A DNA stretch of 64,000 bases from the human T2T-CHM13v2.0 reference genome, Homo sapiens, in assembly GCF_009914755.1 (NCBI RefSeq), contig NC_060944.1. The stretch is one strand, 5' to 3'. The position numbers and the translations under genes are program-made. Shown piece after piece: positions 15,851-29,940 of the stretch. Each line of letters begins with the position of its first letter. The stretch's first letter is position 1. Under the pieces are notes generated by a model that searched no databases, had not been told where the DNA came from, and saw nothing but the letters and a program-made list of their open reading frames with translations.

Positions 15851-17514
15851 AAATCTGGGAGGAATTGGGGCTTCAATTGGTCTCTTTCTCCTCAAGTACT
15901 GATGATGTAAAGCTTTTTATGATTTTGGTCTTGTCCAAAGATTTGAGGTTTTGGAGTCTTCGTCTTCTTGTTCAAAGCATCTTGTTCTTGTGTGGATCAG
16001 CTACTGTTAGCTAATGTTACCTATCTGTTACCCTGCTGGAAAGCTGGATTTATGAATGATCCCTAAAATAAAGGTCCTATGTGTACCACAGCAATAGGCC
16101 TAAATGAGTAGCTGAGAGGTGAACTTTTGCCGCCTTGGGACCAGGCCTCTGCTGGGGCAATAAGCAGTAAATAACTGTAGCTAGTACCATTATTTTTGGG
16201 CCCTTACACAAAAAACTCTGCATAGTGATAAGGTAGACTGAAAACAAGCAGCTTCTGAGTAGTAATTGTGTACCAGGATTTCTCATCTACATTGCCACAT
16301 GGACTTACTCTATAGCATTTTGAGGTCAGAATAATTATCCTTATATTACAGATAAGAAAACTGAGGCTCAACGAAATGAAAGCATTTGCTCACGGCTGCA
16401 CAAACATGGGTTTGAACCCAGGAGAATCTCTTGCATTATTTAATCTCTTCTCCTTAGCTCACCACCCTCTACCCTGCTGGGTCCCCCAAACACAGGGTCT
16501 GCTGGAGCAGATATGAGACAAGGACAGAGCTGGTGATAGTCTTTGGTGCCTCTGAACTTGCATGAGGTGTTTCTGCATGGTTGAAGAGCAATGATGAGAT
16601 GCTCCATTCACCCAAGGGTCAGAGGTGGTCTTTCCTGGGGAAAACATGACTCAGCTTTTCTGACCTTGTGGTTCGCTTTTGACATGACTCCAGAGAAGGT
16701 GCTGGTAAAGCCATCGTTTCTCTGAGGATTTGAGTAGATACCACACCTCAGCTCCAAAAATTAGGTTCGCAACAATTTACAATAAGATATATACCCTAGG
16801 TGAACAAGCAAAGGACCAGGACTCCTTTATCGTGTTAGAAATGTCATAGTTCCTAAAATGTCTAAGCTGTATGGTTGGTCACCTGCCATTCATTGGCCAA
16901 GCATTGTGCTTAGATGAACCTGGGCATAGGAAAAGTTGAAGGAGACATCCAGGCCACTTTTGGTTTACATTACTGGAAACATTTTAAAGACAAAAAATCA
17001 TGCAGATGTTTTTATAGCTATTATTTTATTTTAGCCTTAAAACACTCATGAGGAAAGTAATGTTAATAACAATAATGGTGACAACAGCTGACTTTTATCG
17101 AATAGTTACTATCAACCAGGTCCCACAATACTCTCAATGTGCTAAGTGCTTCACGTGCAATAGTCTATTCAATTCTCACAACAACCCAATGAAGTTTGAG
17201 TCCTACAGTGGGTTATTACTGCTCCATTTTCCTGTTGAAAAATAAAGAATCAGTGAGGTAAAGTGACAGGGGCAGCATCTGCGGTAGAATCCAGGTCTCC
17301 TGACTCTTCAGACTGATCTCATGTCCTAGTACCATCCAGGGTCAGAGACTGCAAGGGCAGGTGGAATAAGGTTAGGGTGCTGGGAACAATATGCTGGTGT
17401 GTACTCCAGCCTCTGTGGCCCTAAAACTGTCACAAGTGATGGTTTCCAACCAAGTCAATTGGGTGTCTGACTTTCATCCTGGGACCAGGAAAGTGGGGCT
17501 TCACGACTGCCTTG

Positions 17515-17790
17515 ATGGTACTGGTTTGTTTTACAGTGTTTGCCAGTTTCTGTGGTGTAAATACTTACACTATGTCTGATTTCAAGCTAGCAACTGTTTA
17601 GCAATTGGGAGAGAAGGATAGAGGGAGAAGGGAAGAGAGAGAGGCATTTGCTTACATCATGTCTGATTTCAAGCTAGCAACCGTTTAGTGATTGGGAGAG
17701 AAGGATAGAGGGAGAAGGGAAAGGAGAGAGGCATATGTAACAACTGCATATTTAACAGTTGGCTTTCTGGCTCCTCCAGCCGACTGCTTG
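17515..17790 (-). mobile_element. MER63-like hAT element with an internal 87-bp tandem duplication
   Basis: gtgtttgccagtttctgtggtgtaaatac...gatttcaagcta. Units at 17564-17650 and 17651-17737. Confidence 0.7.
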
Positions 17791-18584
17791 GGCCCAACAC
17801 CCTAGCAATTAACCTTTTGCTACTCCTGGGCTCCAAGGAGGCCAGGCCGTGGGAACAGAGCACCAGAAGGATATTTCAAGGCAGTTTCTCCATTGCCTCA
17901 GCCTGGATGAGGCTGATAGTGTTTTACTTCTTCCTTTGCCTCCCTCAGGGAGAAAACAAAGAGTGGATCCCAGAAAGGCCAGGGCCTCTAATCTCTCAGT
18001 ACAAGTCTTTGAAAGGAGAGGAAGGGAGCTGGGTCTACCGCAGAGAGCTGGCAAGGCTGGGTCTCTGGAGGCTGGGGCCAGGGGCTCCGCGTGTGGAGTA
18101 TGGAGCAGAGCCGGTGGGCTGGGAGGAAACGACTGGCGGAAGGCCTCCTGGACCCTCTATCCTGTCTTCATAACTCCCACACAGATTAATGAGCCTCAGG
18201 ATGCCCTTGGTTTTGGCCAGCCATGCTTGGGGCCTCCCCAAAATAGACAGGACGCCCAGTGCCTCTTGCTATTGTCCCAGCTATTGTCTTTATGAGCCTC
18301 CTGGGTTCAGGGATCACATCCTAACTCTTCCTGTTCGTGCTTAATCACCATCCGGATGGATGGACACTTGCAGACAGACTGGGGGCAATGCAGACTCAGG
18401 GAAGCCAGTACTGTGTGCGTGTGGAGAGATCTGGCCCCACCGTGTCCATGGCTGAAAAGGGAGAAATGGGGCCATGGTGGAGCTTTTGCAAAGACTCAGC
18501 GCTCCTTTCTTGGCTGAGGCTGGCTGAGGGGGCCACCAGGCTCAGAGCTGGTGCCCTGGGGTAGGGCAGTGTATGGGGCAGAGT

Positions 18585-18603
18585 CAGCCACTAGGGGGCA
18601 GGC
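18585..18603 (+). promoter_or_regulatory. CTCF motif candidate
   Basis: CAGCCACTAGGGGGCAGGC is near consensus. Confidence 0.55.
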
Positions 18604-19344
18604 CCCGACAGCAGGTGGGCCAGGCAAAACCCTGTCAATGCTCAAAAGGATGGTGGGAGGACTGACAGCCACAAAAACTGACCCGCTTGGGGTCTTGGGG
18701 CCCCCTCCAGGGTCTGGTCAGCTCCAGAGAGAACCAACACCCAGGGGAGTCTGGGAAGCAAGGACAGCAGTGATGGGAAGCTATCCGTAGATTCCCTGTA
18801 TCATCCTAGTCTGGGGTGATGGAACTGTGATGAGCCGCATCTGCGTCTGGATGGGGATGGGCACGTGGCTTCCCCCTGCTGTGGAAGATGCAAGGAGCAG
18901 GAAGAACAGTGACAGAGAAGGACAGGCCTGGGGATAGGGTCAGGAGCTGGCAGCTGCAGCCCCAGCACAAAAGCCAGATGCAGGAACCCTGGCTTGGGGT
19001 ATACAAGCCCCTGAAGGGGCCTTTTTGGTTTGTATCCTCCTGGGCCTGCCTGGCCAGGCCAGCTTCCTGTTAGCCTAGCAAAGCTGAGATTTGTCAGCTA
19101 CTCCAAAGCAGTCCCTGCCCTTCCTGCTCTTGACTCTGCAGTATTTTGCCTTGGTTGATTCTGGCAGCTTGTGAGCCCTCTGAGCCTGCTGCCTGCCCCG
19201 GATGAAGCTGTCTGAGGTTCAGCTGAGCTGTCTGAAAGCCAGAGAAGCTTAGGATTTACCCTGAGGGAAAAAGACTGGGATGCACCCACTACTGGGAGGC
19301 CTGATAGACCCAGTGACCTATGGCAAACCATTTATTCTATTCAG

Positions 19345-19545
19345 CCATTCTCCCATCCATCCATCCCCTCCATCCATCTAGCCCCTCATCCATCCATCCT
19401 TCCATCAACTCACCCACCCAGCCACCCACCTACCCAGCTACTCATTTATCTACCCTGCCATGTATCCCTCCATCCTTTTCCATCCATCTGCCCATCCTTC
19501 CCCATTCATCCATTTATCAATCCATCTATTTTCCATCCATCCATT
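19345..19545. repeat. Degenerate (CCAT)n simple repeat
   Basis: ccatccatccatccc... runs. Confidence 0.85.
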
Positions 19546-19879
19546 AATCTATTCTATCAGTATATGTCATTGAAACTTCCTCTGTGCCAGGCTCTCTTTT
19601 GGGTCCTGAGAATGCAGCAGTTCACATGACAGAAAAAGTTTCTGGATCATAAGAGCTAAATTTGAATGGCAATGTCCCAGTGACAAGCCAAATCACTCAC
19701 TATGACATAAGGATGGAAATTGATGGCTCAGCTCTTAATCCATCGAGGCAGCAAACTCCCTACACCTCTTGCCCTGATACATACAGATATATTTACAATA
19801 TGTATGAAGGCACCCCAAAATATGCATACCTGTGTATGCTCACATTGCATCCCCTTGGATAGCAACATGTCTTCAGGAT

Positions 19880-20250
19880 AATTTGTGTACACATACCACC
19901 ATACCCGAATGTATAACTATCTAAATACGTGCATGTGCATGGACATAAATTCACATATGCACACATGTACGTATAGGCACACAAGGCACTTACACATATT
20001 TGCACATATACATACATGTGCACATATACATACTTGTATATGTGCACCAGGAACACACAGGTGCACACACACACACACACACCTGTGCACAGCTACTCAG
20101 GCACATTGGCATATGCACTTTAACTTCATACAAATATATACACTTGGGTACAGTTTGGATCTGTATGCATATAAGATACATGTGCTCACATATGCACCTA
20201 TCCATGCACACAGGTTGCATGTACATGAGCCTACACATGTGCATGTAAAT
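19880..20250. repeat. Degenerate (CA/TA)n tract with a short perfect (CA)n
   Basis: gtgcacacacacacacacacacc... Confidence 0.85.
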
Positions 20251-21001
20251 ACTCCCTCTGACTTTGACCTTTCACCAAAACCCCCGAACCCTACCATTTC
20301 CCCATTCTGTCCTGGGGAATTATCCATATCTCTGACAAGAGAATGGGTTACTAATGCAGCCACAGAGCTGTTTTGACACTTTTGATGAATAACATTCAAT
20401 ACTATTAATTGGAACAATTGCTTTTCATTTAACTAAATCATGGGAATTGCTAAACTAAATTGAAACGGAATGTGATTTTGCTTCGCACTGCTTTAATATG
20501 GGCCTCTAAATGTCTTCTCTCTGAAGGATTAGTAACTTAATCACCCACCAGTGATAACTGCTTCCCAGGCTCAGCCGGGAGGCTTCCTGCTCAGCAGCAG
20601 CCTGGCTGGTGAGGAACTGGGGGCCCAATGGCAACTACTCTGCCCCTTGCTTCCTCTCCCTGCATTATTCATCGTGGGGGAACACGGTTCTCTCCCTTCT
20701 CTGAGTCCAGCAGGACCCTCAGAGACAATTTCCATTTTCCCTGGGCTCTGCCTGTCTGCGTCCTGTCGAGGAGCTCTCATTCCAGGATCCTGGATGTGGG
20801 CGTGGATTCTGTCTCTGAGCTTCTCTGAGCCTTGCTGGAACACTTCGTCCTGAGAACACTGGCTCTGGAATCCTGGGGCCACGTATACCCTGAGGGCAGC
20901 CCAGTGCCTGGCTTAGCTTCCAGGGGCAAGTTGATGTGGGCCAGAAATGTTCCCTGCACTGCCTGGGGGAGCAGGGAAGGCCCCAGCCAGCTGGGCTGTT
21001 G

Positions 21002-21113
21002 CAGGGTGACCAACTGTTCTGGTTTGCCTGGGACTGAGGGGTTTCCAGGACATGGAACTTTTCAGGGCTAAAACTGGAAAGTCCCTGGCAAATCAGAACA
21101 GCTGATCATCCTA
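21002..21113 (+). mobile_element. MER81 hAT-Blackjack MITE
   Basis: agggtgaccaactg...gctgatcatccta, about 112 bp, palindromic. Confidence 0.8.
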
Positions 21114-22871
21114 ACTGTGGTGTCATCTGTGCCTCCAGCTAGAAATCATGTTTAACATTTATTGAGTGCTTACTGTGTGCTAGGTGCTTGACATACATTA
21201 TTTAAATGTTGTGACAATGTTATGGGGATATGTTCTATTAACATATTCATTGTATAAGTGAGAAAACTAAGACTCAGTTATTTTTTAATCTTATCTATGT
21301 CCTCACAGGTGTGGACACAACAATAACAACAAGGATAACAAGGATAATAGGAGCTAATTTTATAAGAGCTTGCTCTGTGATAAGCACTTCTGCTAAAGGC
21401 TCAATGTGCATCCTACAGCAATCTTGAAGTTAGGTACCATTTTTGCTGTTCCTTCACAGAAGTGAAGGTTATTGCTAGTGAGTGCTAGACTGTGATTCTA
21501 GACCTAGCAGCGTCTCCCACCAGCCTCTACTGTGTTGGCTTGCCTGTTAGGCTACATGGGGCCTCCCAAGTCCTTTTCCTCTGGGTGGTCTAAGGAGACC
21601 CAGGCTACAGGATTCTGGAGGGTGAGGTCCTTAGCAAATTGAGTTGCTGAGCTTAGTGTGGCCTCTTCTAGGTACAGCTTCTGTCCTTGGGTGTGCAAAG
21701 GAGACATGGCCACTCCCTGAATAGGGATTTCAGGGACAGCCACCCCACCCCTTTCCACTGACACGGTTCCTGACACTGGGTCCTCTGAGTGGATTTGGCA
21801 TGTGATTGTGGGGCCTGTGAGTTCTTATAAAGCCAGGTTCTTGCCTGCTTCTGCTGATCTAGGACTTGTTTGGACTGCAGCAACTTGTTTGCCCTGCAGC
21901 ATGGTAGGTTGCCGTATCTGCCTCTCCATCCTCTCCTCCTCCCCAGCCCCAAGGTTGTCAGGAAAAATTGCTAAATTTGGCTCTGAGTTGTCACTCCAAA
22001 ATATTTACAGGAAGAGAAAGGAGCCTGCTTTAAGGGGGTCCTTATTGGACCACTCCTAAGGGTCAGGTACTGTATCAGGCATTTCGGTTTATGTTCTCAT
22101 TTAATCCAACAACATCCCAACAGTTAGGAATTATTATTCCCATTTCACAGTTCAGAGGGCAAAGGTGCTGAAGGAGGCCCAAGTTCATGCACCTGGTCAG
22201 TGCTACACCACAGTTTAGGAATCAGACTGTTTATTCCACTGACTCAATTCTCTTCCTAGGCAGATACTGCCATTCTCTAAAGCGTAGCTACTTCCGACCT
22301 CCAAGTTTCTCTGTCTCTCTGGAGAGGGCTCAGTGTGCTCAGTGTGATGATGAAGCTTGCAGGCTCTGAAGACAAATGAATATGGCCTGATGCCTGGTGC
22401 TTCATGAGGCATTGGGTTGAGATCTGCTTGTCTGTTGGAGTCTTTATGTGTAAAATAGGGATTCACACAGTCCCGACTTGGTAGCCCTGTTGTGTTGGTT
22501 GCACAAAGAAGAGCTCAGCACAGGGCCTGGCACAGGGCAGGGGATTAATAAGTGGTTGCTGCTATTATCATGTTTATGATTTCTGGCAGTTTGAAAGGAG
22601 ATTCTCTGGAGTTCAGTGCTGTAGATGTCAAGCCTTGCCTCCCCTCCACATCTACGCTGCCTGCGCCCTTGAGTTTCCTATTAACTTAATAGGCCTGGAC
22701 GTAAAGGAGCCAGTTGTTCATGGGATCCCAGAGTCAATCAACAATCCACCCTTCACTGCTTCCATTTGGTAAAATCGATATGTGTTGATTGAACACTGAG
22801 TCTGCGCAGAGCCCTGAGGCTGCGCCTGAGGAGGATTCAACCTCTCGCTGTGCCAGGGAGTGTAACTAAGA

Positions 22872-23058
22872 TAGCGTTCTCTACCTGGGATCCCTGGACC
22901 AGCACCATCGGTATCATCTGGGAACATGTTAAAAAAAGCAAATGGGCCTACCCTAAGGCCCATTGAATCAGACATTCTGGGGTTGGGCCCCAGGAATGTG
23001 TGTTTTCGCAAGTTCCCCATATCACTCTGAGGCACGCTAAGGTGGGAGAAGCATTGCT
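22872..23058 (+). mobile_element. MER5A
   Basis: ccctggaccagcaccatc...tgaatcagacattctgggg...gagaagcattg. Confidence 0.75.
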
Positions 23059-26000
23059 CCAAGAGACCAAAACGCAGCTGTCCTCTGACAAGGACCAGCT
23101 AAGCCTGTGGGAGCACAGAGGGAAGAGAGGAGGACCCAGCTGGGGAACCTCTGGGGAGTGGGGTGCCCTGACAAATTCTTTCTTCCTGCTCGGGCTTGGG
23201 AAGGGGAGGAGCCAGGGCTGCAGTGAGTCCGCCTGGCACCTTCGACCGATTAGACAAAGGTGCCTTTTCTTCTGCGAGGATGCAGCGCTGCCGGTGAGGG
23301 GTGCGTAGGCTGGGTTTTCATCTCATTTACCCTTCACCCACATATGCAAGGCCCAGGCAAAGTGTATGATAGGCCTGGGTGCATTTGACAGGGGAAGAGC
23401 CGACCATACCTGTCCTCTGACGGTGGGGGGTGGCTCCTGGAATGCTGAGCTAGCAACCATGGTGAGTCCCCCTACTGTGTGGACCCTTGCCAGGCCTCAG
23501 GCCTCAGCAGTCACTTACATAAAACAGGTGGTGAAGGCCAAAGCCTGGGGAGAAAGAGGATAATCAGAGTCAAGTCATGAAGACAGCATGCCATGGGCTG
23601 GAGGAGATGTCCCACCCTGAGCCACCACAGGAGAAAATAAAGCAAATGATTGACAGCCCCTAAATGTGCGGGTTCCTCTAGAGCACTGTCCTCCTGCCAC
23701 AGACAAATCAGCTGGATTTTGATGCAAAAGTCAAACCAACCACCGAGTATGGCTGAGGAGGAAGAGAAGGCTGTTGCCCTCAGCCTGCCCCAGTCAGTGC
23801 CACACAGTTAGCCTTTTACTTCCTTCTCCTTTCCTCCCTCTCTCCCTGGGGACCCTCTCAGACCACTCTCCCAAGGCCAGCTGGCCTCATTCCCATCCTC
23901 CCAACATAGGCTACCTTGGACTTCACCACCTCTAGATTTTGGCCTGCAGGAGCACCGCTCTCCACTGAGAGCACTTGCTGTCTCCCTTACACACCTGTTC
24001 TTGGTGGCCAGTGGCTCCTCCCTTCTCCTTGGCAGGTGTCCTAGGTTTTGTCTTCTGTTGGTTTCATGGAACACTGCCTTAATTGTTCCTGGGGCTTTAA
24101 TGGGACCCTGTCCTCTTCTACATTCTTCTCTCTCCCAGAAGGTGACTTCTTGTAGGTAGGGGGTACTTGAGTCTCCTCCTCTGTTCCCCTTTTGTCCCCC
24201 AGACTGGGAACTTTTTATAGCAAAGTTAAGTCTCTCCCTGTCTCTGAACCAGTTCTCCACTCCAACATTTGCTACCACAAGTTTTGGACAAAGTAGAGGG
24301 AGAGGGAGCCCACCCAAGTCCAGCTCCAGGGGCCCCTAGACCTGCTTTGTTGGCCCTGTCTATGTCCCAGGTACCACAATTGTGGCAGGTCACTCTGGAG
24401 GGACTAGCTATCCTACAGCCCCAGACAATGGTCTGGGTTCTCGTTCCCTATCTCCTACCCCTCACCCCATATACACCCCGTATACCCACACAGCATGGGA
24501 GGTCACTAAAACTCATCACTCTCCCTGGAGGAAGCCTGAAGGGCAGCTGGACTAAGTGCCTCCATCCAACACCCTTGGAGGTTCACACTTATTTCTGTTG
24601 TCTCCATACCAACAGTGCATCAACTCTCATCTTTTCTGGCCCAAAGTTGGATAAAGCCCCAGCTCAAGTTCTCTTTTGTAGACTGGCAATAGAGTTGAGA
24701 AATGTAAAGAAGACGGATACTAAAAGATGAAGAAGTAGAACTTCCAGGAGAAGGAAGTTCTTAGGCAGTTCGTGGATGGGGCTCTAGCTAGGTGTAGTGA
24801 AGTTAGAAATGTGTACTTTCTAAGTCAGACAATTCTGAGTGTCTTGTATTTACTTTCATGTTTCTCAGTGATCTCTAACATTTGGTCCATATCTCACATC
24901 CTTGCCCTTCTCCAGAAATTTTCTTCTTTGATGTCGTAACTATTTTCTGGCTCCCAAAATCAGGTGAACCTGGGTACCATCTTCCCTGGGTCCTATGACC
25001 TCTCTTGCTGTGAGATGCCACTCTTCTGCCTCTTCCCCACTCTCTGTCTCCATCTTCTCTTCTCTTTTATTGACATGTCCCAAGGGTGCTCTTCTATGTT
25101 CTTTGATCTCTCCCATCTGTCTTGTTCACCTAAGCTGTCCCTTTCGTCTCTGCACATAGCTCCCAAATTCCAATTCTTGCTTCTAAGAAGGACCCTTTGG
25201 AACTGAGAGCTCTATGGAGCTACCCTCCAGCATAATCAGTTGCCTAGAGACATTTTCAAATGTAGTCCCGGCGAGTATCTAAAATCTGACCTGCCTCCAA
25301 CTAAACCCAATATCTTCCTTCTCACTAGCAGTAGCTTCCTGCCTCACTCTTTCTGCTAAAAAGTTTCACCCAGACTCGAAAATTAATGTGTTTCTTTCTT
25401 GTCCCTATTTTCTTCTAAAAATCTGATCGGTAAGTTCCAGAATTTCCCCACCGTGTCCTTTCCTCTCCTGTGGACTGAACCCCTCCCTGGCTCACACACT
25501 TGCCCCACTGAGGGCTTCCTCCCATTGGCAGCTTCTATGCCATTCATCCAAAACATGCTGCCTGCCAAACTTATCTTTTTATTGCCCAGCAAGGACCATG
25601 TCCCTCTGCTACTTAACAATATTCTAGAGCATTATGCCAACTTCTCCCTGAATCCTTTCATTTGGGAGGTTCCTATGAGTATAGAGCTTAGACTATAAGG
25701 CCAGTCAGACCTGGGTAAAATTCTGACTCTGCCATTAAGTGAGCCCATAGGAGAGTAAACACACAGCCCTTAATAAATATGATTTCCCTGATTTATTCAA
25801 GTACAAGTAAGTTTACTTTTACTTTTCATAATTTTATATCTCATTCGTACTTCTCTTTTGGTATCCACTACTTTTTTGTATCTAGCTATTTTAGTATGTA
25901 TTTTCTTTTTAAAATTAATTTCTTAAGCAGAACCTACTTAGATATTTTAAAATGCAATAAATATTATGTAGAAAATTAGAACATATTAACACATACGGCC

Positions 26001-26069
26001 TCAGTGGCCAAAGCTGTAATCAGATGTCAATTCATAGCTATTCATTCCTTTGCTCTTACCTGGACAGGA

Positions 26070-26515
26070 GACAGCTACTGACCATTAAAATCTATTGTCT
26101 CTTTCCTTCATTTTAATAGATGTGCTGGGTACATGGTTACTCAGCTACACTTTATTTTTTATTTTCCCTTGAAGTTAGATGTGATTGTGTGACTTATTTA
26201 TTTACCATAGAATATGAGCAGAAATGCTTTGTGCCATCTCCCATATACCCCCTCTCATATATTCCCCTCTGTGTTTTTTCCCTTTTTGGCTGATTGAGAT
26301 GGCAAAAAGTAGGCTTGGAGGCCATTCGTTGAAGATGACATTGTCACTATCAGCCTGGGGTCCTGAAGGACCTCGTAGGACAGAATCTCAGCCACTTGGA
26401 ACCTCTGCCCTGGACAGTTATGTGATAATTATAAAATCAGTCTTGCTTTTAGGCTACTGAAATGTGGGGGGTCTGTTTGTTACATCTGTTAATAGTTAGC
26501 CTACCTACTACTTAC
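26070..26515 (+). mobile_element. Old MLT1 (MLT1J-like) LTR
   Basis: Degenerate MaLR 3' end ggctactgaaatgtggggggtctgtttgttaca. Confidence 0.55.
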
Positions 26516-26519
26516 TCCC

Positions 26520-27117
26520 CATGGTAGGCAGAACTTTGGAAAGGTCCCATTCTAATATCCAGAACCTGTGATAAATACAAGGAAATATCATTCTCATGAT
26601 TATGTTATGTTTTATGGCAAGTTGACCTTAAAATAGGGAGATTATCCTGGGATATCCAGGTGGAGTCAATGAAATCGCATGCGCCCTTAAAGGTAGAGAA
26701 ACTTCTCCAGCAGTTGGCATAAGGGGAAGCCAGAAAGACTCAAAGTAGGAGAAGGAGTCAATGTGCCATTGTCGGTTTTAAGCTGGAGGGGCCTGTGAGC
26801 AGGAATGTGGAGTCCCCTATGGGCAGAGTGGCCCCTGACTGGCAGTCAGCAAGAAACCCTGGAATCCAGATCCAGAACTGCAAGGAGCTGGATTTTTCCA
26901 ACAACGAAGCTGAAGCTGGAATCAAATTCTTCCCCTGAGCTTGCGCGTCAGAGTTTACCCTGGCCGGCACTGTAATTTCTGTCTGTGAGACACTGAGCAG
27001 AGATCCCAGCTGAGCCCACCTGGATTTTGACCTATACAACTGTGAAATAATCAATGGCATTGTTTTAACCCACTAAGCTTGTGGTAATTTGCTATGCAAA
27101 AATAGAAAACCAACACA
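26520..27117 (+). mobile_element. MLT1E-family LTR
   Basis: tggtaggcagaa...atagggagattatcctgg...gtggtaatttgctatgcaaaaatagaaaaccaacaca. Confidence 0.85.
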
Positions 27118-27269
27118 GTCCTTTAGAAGGCAAGGACTCAAATCTTATTCTTCTCTGCTCTCTCTGATGTCTCAGGGTAGCACCTGGCATGTAAGAATTT
27201 AGGAAGCTTTTGTTAAATGGACAAATGAGTTAGTGTGGTGGGTGAGTGAGAATCCTCAAGGTATAGATC

Positions 27270-27483
27270 CAAGGTCTGTAAACCTTTTTCATGAAGGGCA
27301 AGATAGATAGTAAATATTTAGGCTTTGCAGGGCTCTGTCACAACTAATCAACTCTGTCACTGTAGCACAAAAGCAGTCATGATGATATGTAAATAAATAT
27401 GCATGACTGTGTGCCATCGAAGGTTTATTTAAAAACAGGTGGTAGGTCAGATATGGCCTGCATGCAGGAGTGTGCTGACCCCT
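27270..27483 (+). mobile_element. MER58A
   Basis: gatagtaaatatttaggctttgcaggg...tttatttaaaaacagg. Confidence 0.8.
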
Positions 27484-28989
27484 TTTATACATCATTGGAA
27501 GACTTTGGGTACTTTCATCCAAAGATGGGGAAGCTTTTGCCTAGAACCACAAGACTTAAATAAATGGCTTGAGGGCAGAAATAGTTTCTACTGTAAGAAA
27601 TACATCATCAGGCCTGAGAGGTGGTTTAGATTGTTCCAGAGCACATGGAACTTTTTGGTTTCTAGGGAGATAAATCCCATTAAAAAGTCTCTTTTCTTTC
27701 TTTGGCTTTCAAGAATTCTTCTATTAACATACCCTTACCTGGTTTTCCCTTCTTACAATGAGATGGGACTGGCTCTCTGGCCTGGCAGAAGGACCCTAGC
27801 CTGCAGCAGTTTGCAGAGTAAGGGATTTACTCAGCTGGTTTTCAGCTGAGCCCCCGCCCCATGCCTGAAGCCTGAGTGAATGTCTCCAGCCAGCCCCTGG
27901 GCAGAGATGGTACATTGCTTATGGGCCTGCCTGCCCATCCTTCATGAATTTTTATTAAACAAAACTGTAAGCAGATTGATTTTGTCCTCTTTTATTGCAT
28001 TTTTATTTAATTCCGTTCCATGGTGGAGGCTCCATCATGTTACCGCAGAGTAAATCACTCCAGGGCATCAGGCCAAAACCGTGGAGAAGGGCAGGATCTG
28101 GCTTCCCAAGAGCACATTTACCGCATAAGAACCTTTATTAGCAGAGAGCCATTGATTTCTTTTTTTTTTTTTTCAGGTCATAGCCCCTTCACATCCTTTA
28201 AATAAGAAAGAATCACAAAGTTATAGTGGAAGAGAGACTCTGTGTGGCCAGGGTCATGGGGTGCTAGCTTGTGTCCAGGTCTGACAACATCTGTACTACC
28301 CGTACCCTCAACTCAGCTCCTACTATGTGCTGGGTGGGGTCATATGAAAAGCTTGGAGAAAAGTAGTTTGGGTGGAGCATTGGTGGCTGATACAGATGGA
28401 AGGGAACATTAGGTCCAGGAACAAAGTACTTTAATATACTTTTTAAAAAAAATTACGGGTGGTTATAGTTTAGCCTCAGACCTTTATGTAAAAAGTCAAG
28501 ACTGTGACAGCTGTAATCTAAATCTCCCCCTCCTTCCATAGCTCCTACTTTCACACTCCAGGTAAAGGACTTTGGGATTTTATCCTTAGGAACTAGAGAG
28601 CTACTGCCTGTTTTAGAGCAGGGCAGTAACAGGATACTATTACTATCTTTGTTAGAGGGGATCAATCTGGCAGCAGAATGTAAACTGAATTTGAGGAGAG
28701 TTCAGGAGTAGGGCAGGGTTGGAAGCTAGAAATGGGGGCATCAGTTAATAGGATATTGCCATGGTCTAGCCACAAGGCAACAAGAACCCAAAGTTGAAGT
28801 AATGAAGTTGTAGAAATAGTAGGGGAGAGAGATTAAACAACAAACAGTTGGAGGCGACTCTGAGGTTTTGTCAACTGCAAAAGGGAGTGAAAGGGGTGAA
28901 GTGGTTTGAGCAAAGAAAAAGCAGAGCTGAGTTTGGTACATGCTTATTTACAAAGTAAAAGAAATACTTATATATGTATATACGTTATT

Positions 28990-29940
28990 GCAAATGTGAT
29001 GCAGATAAATTGCAGAAAATTAAAAAATGGAGAAAAGCATTATAAAGAAAATAAAAATCATATTTAATCCCACAACCACAGTTTGCCATTGCAATAGTAC
29101 GTTTGGTATATTTCTTTCTAGATAGATAAATAAACAGATGGAGCATGGTACTAAGTAGTCTTCAAAAATATGATTCTCACTCGCTGCGTATTACCATCTG
29201 GATACACCAAAATTGATTTCACTGTGCATCAATTGTTGGACTTTAACTTGATTTATAGTTTCTCCACACTATAAATAATGCCATGGTGAACATCTTGCTG
29301 TATGCTTCTTTGTCTGCCTCTCTGATAAATTTCTAAAGTAAAATGATTGAGTTAAAGGTTATAATCTTTTTTAAAGTTCTTAACTCATGTTGTCAAATGC
29401 TCACTCGATACTTACTGATACAGTGTATGTTCAGGTTGATTTCACAGCACATTCATCAATCAACACTAGAATTATTTTGATTTTTTTAAACCCTTGGCAA
29501 TTTCACAGTATAAAAGGGATAATCACTATTTCTTAAATTATTTGTTTTTTATTATTACTAATACTTTAATAATAATTTTGGGTGTGCCTATTGGCCATTT
29601 TCAATTTCTCCTCTTTTGAAAATTGTATCATTTTTTCATATTTCTGTTGGACAAAATCTGTTTTTTATGTACCAGTTTATGACAACTTTTAATAGTGGGG
29701 CTATTACAGTTTTGTGTATTAGACATGTTGCAGTTTTTTGTTTTTTTTTTTTTTTTGCCACATTCTCATTACCTTTCAAAGTTTTATATGGTATTTTTGA
29801 TAAGTAGAAGTTTTGAAATTTTATGTAGTCATTGCTATCCCCTTTTGGATTTTTTTTCCTTTTCTGTTATACTTTGACAGTCCCTCTCAAAACAAGATTC
29901 AGTAAACATTTACCTATGATTTCTTTTAATTCTTTGTGAT
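28990..29940 (-). mobile_element. Old L1ME fragment
   Basis: T-rich, degenerate antisense L1 (actataaataatgccatggtgaacatc; ttggccattt). Confidence 0.55.

Noticed and set aside
19793-20417. His/Cys/Thr-rich ORFs (also at 15.5 and 47.2 kb)
   Set aside because: Artefacts of CA/TG low-complexity tracts.
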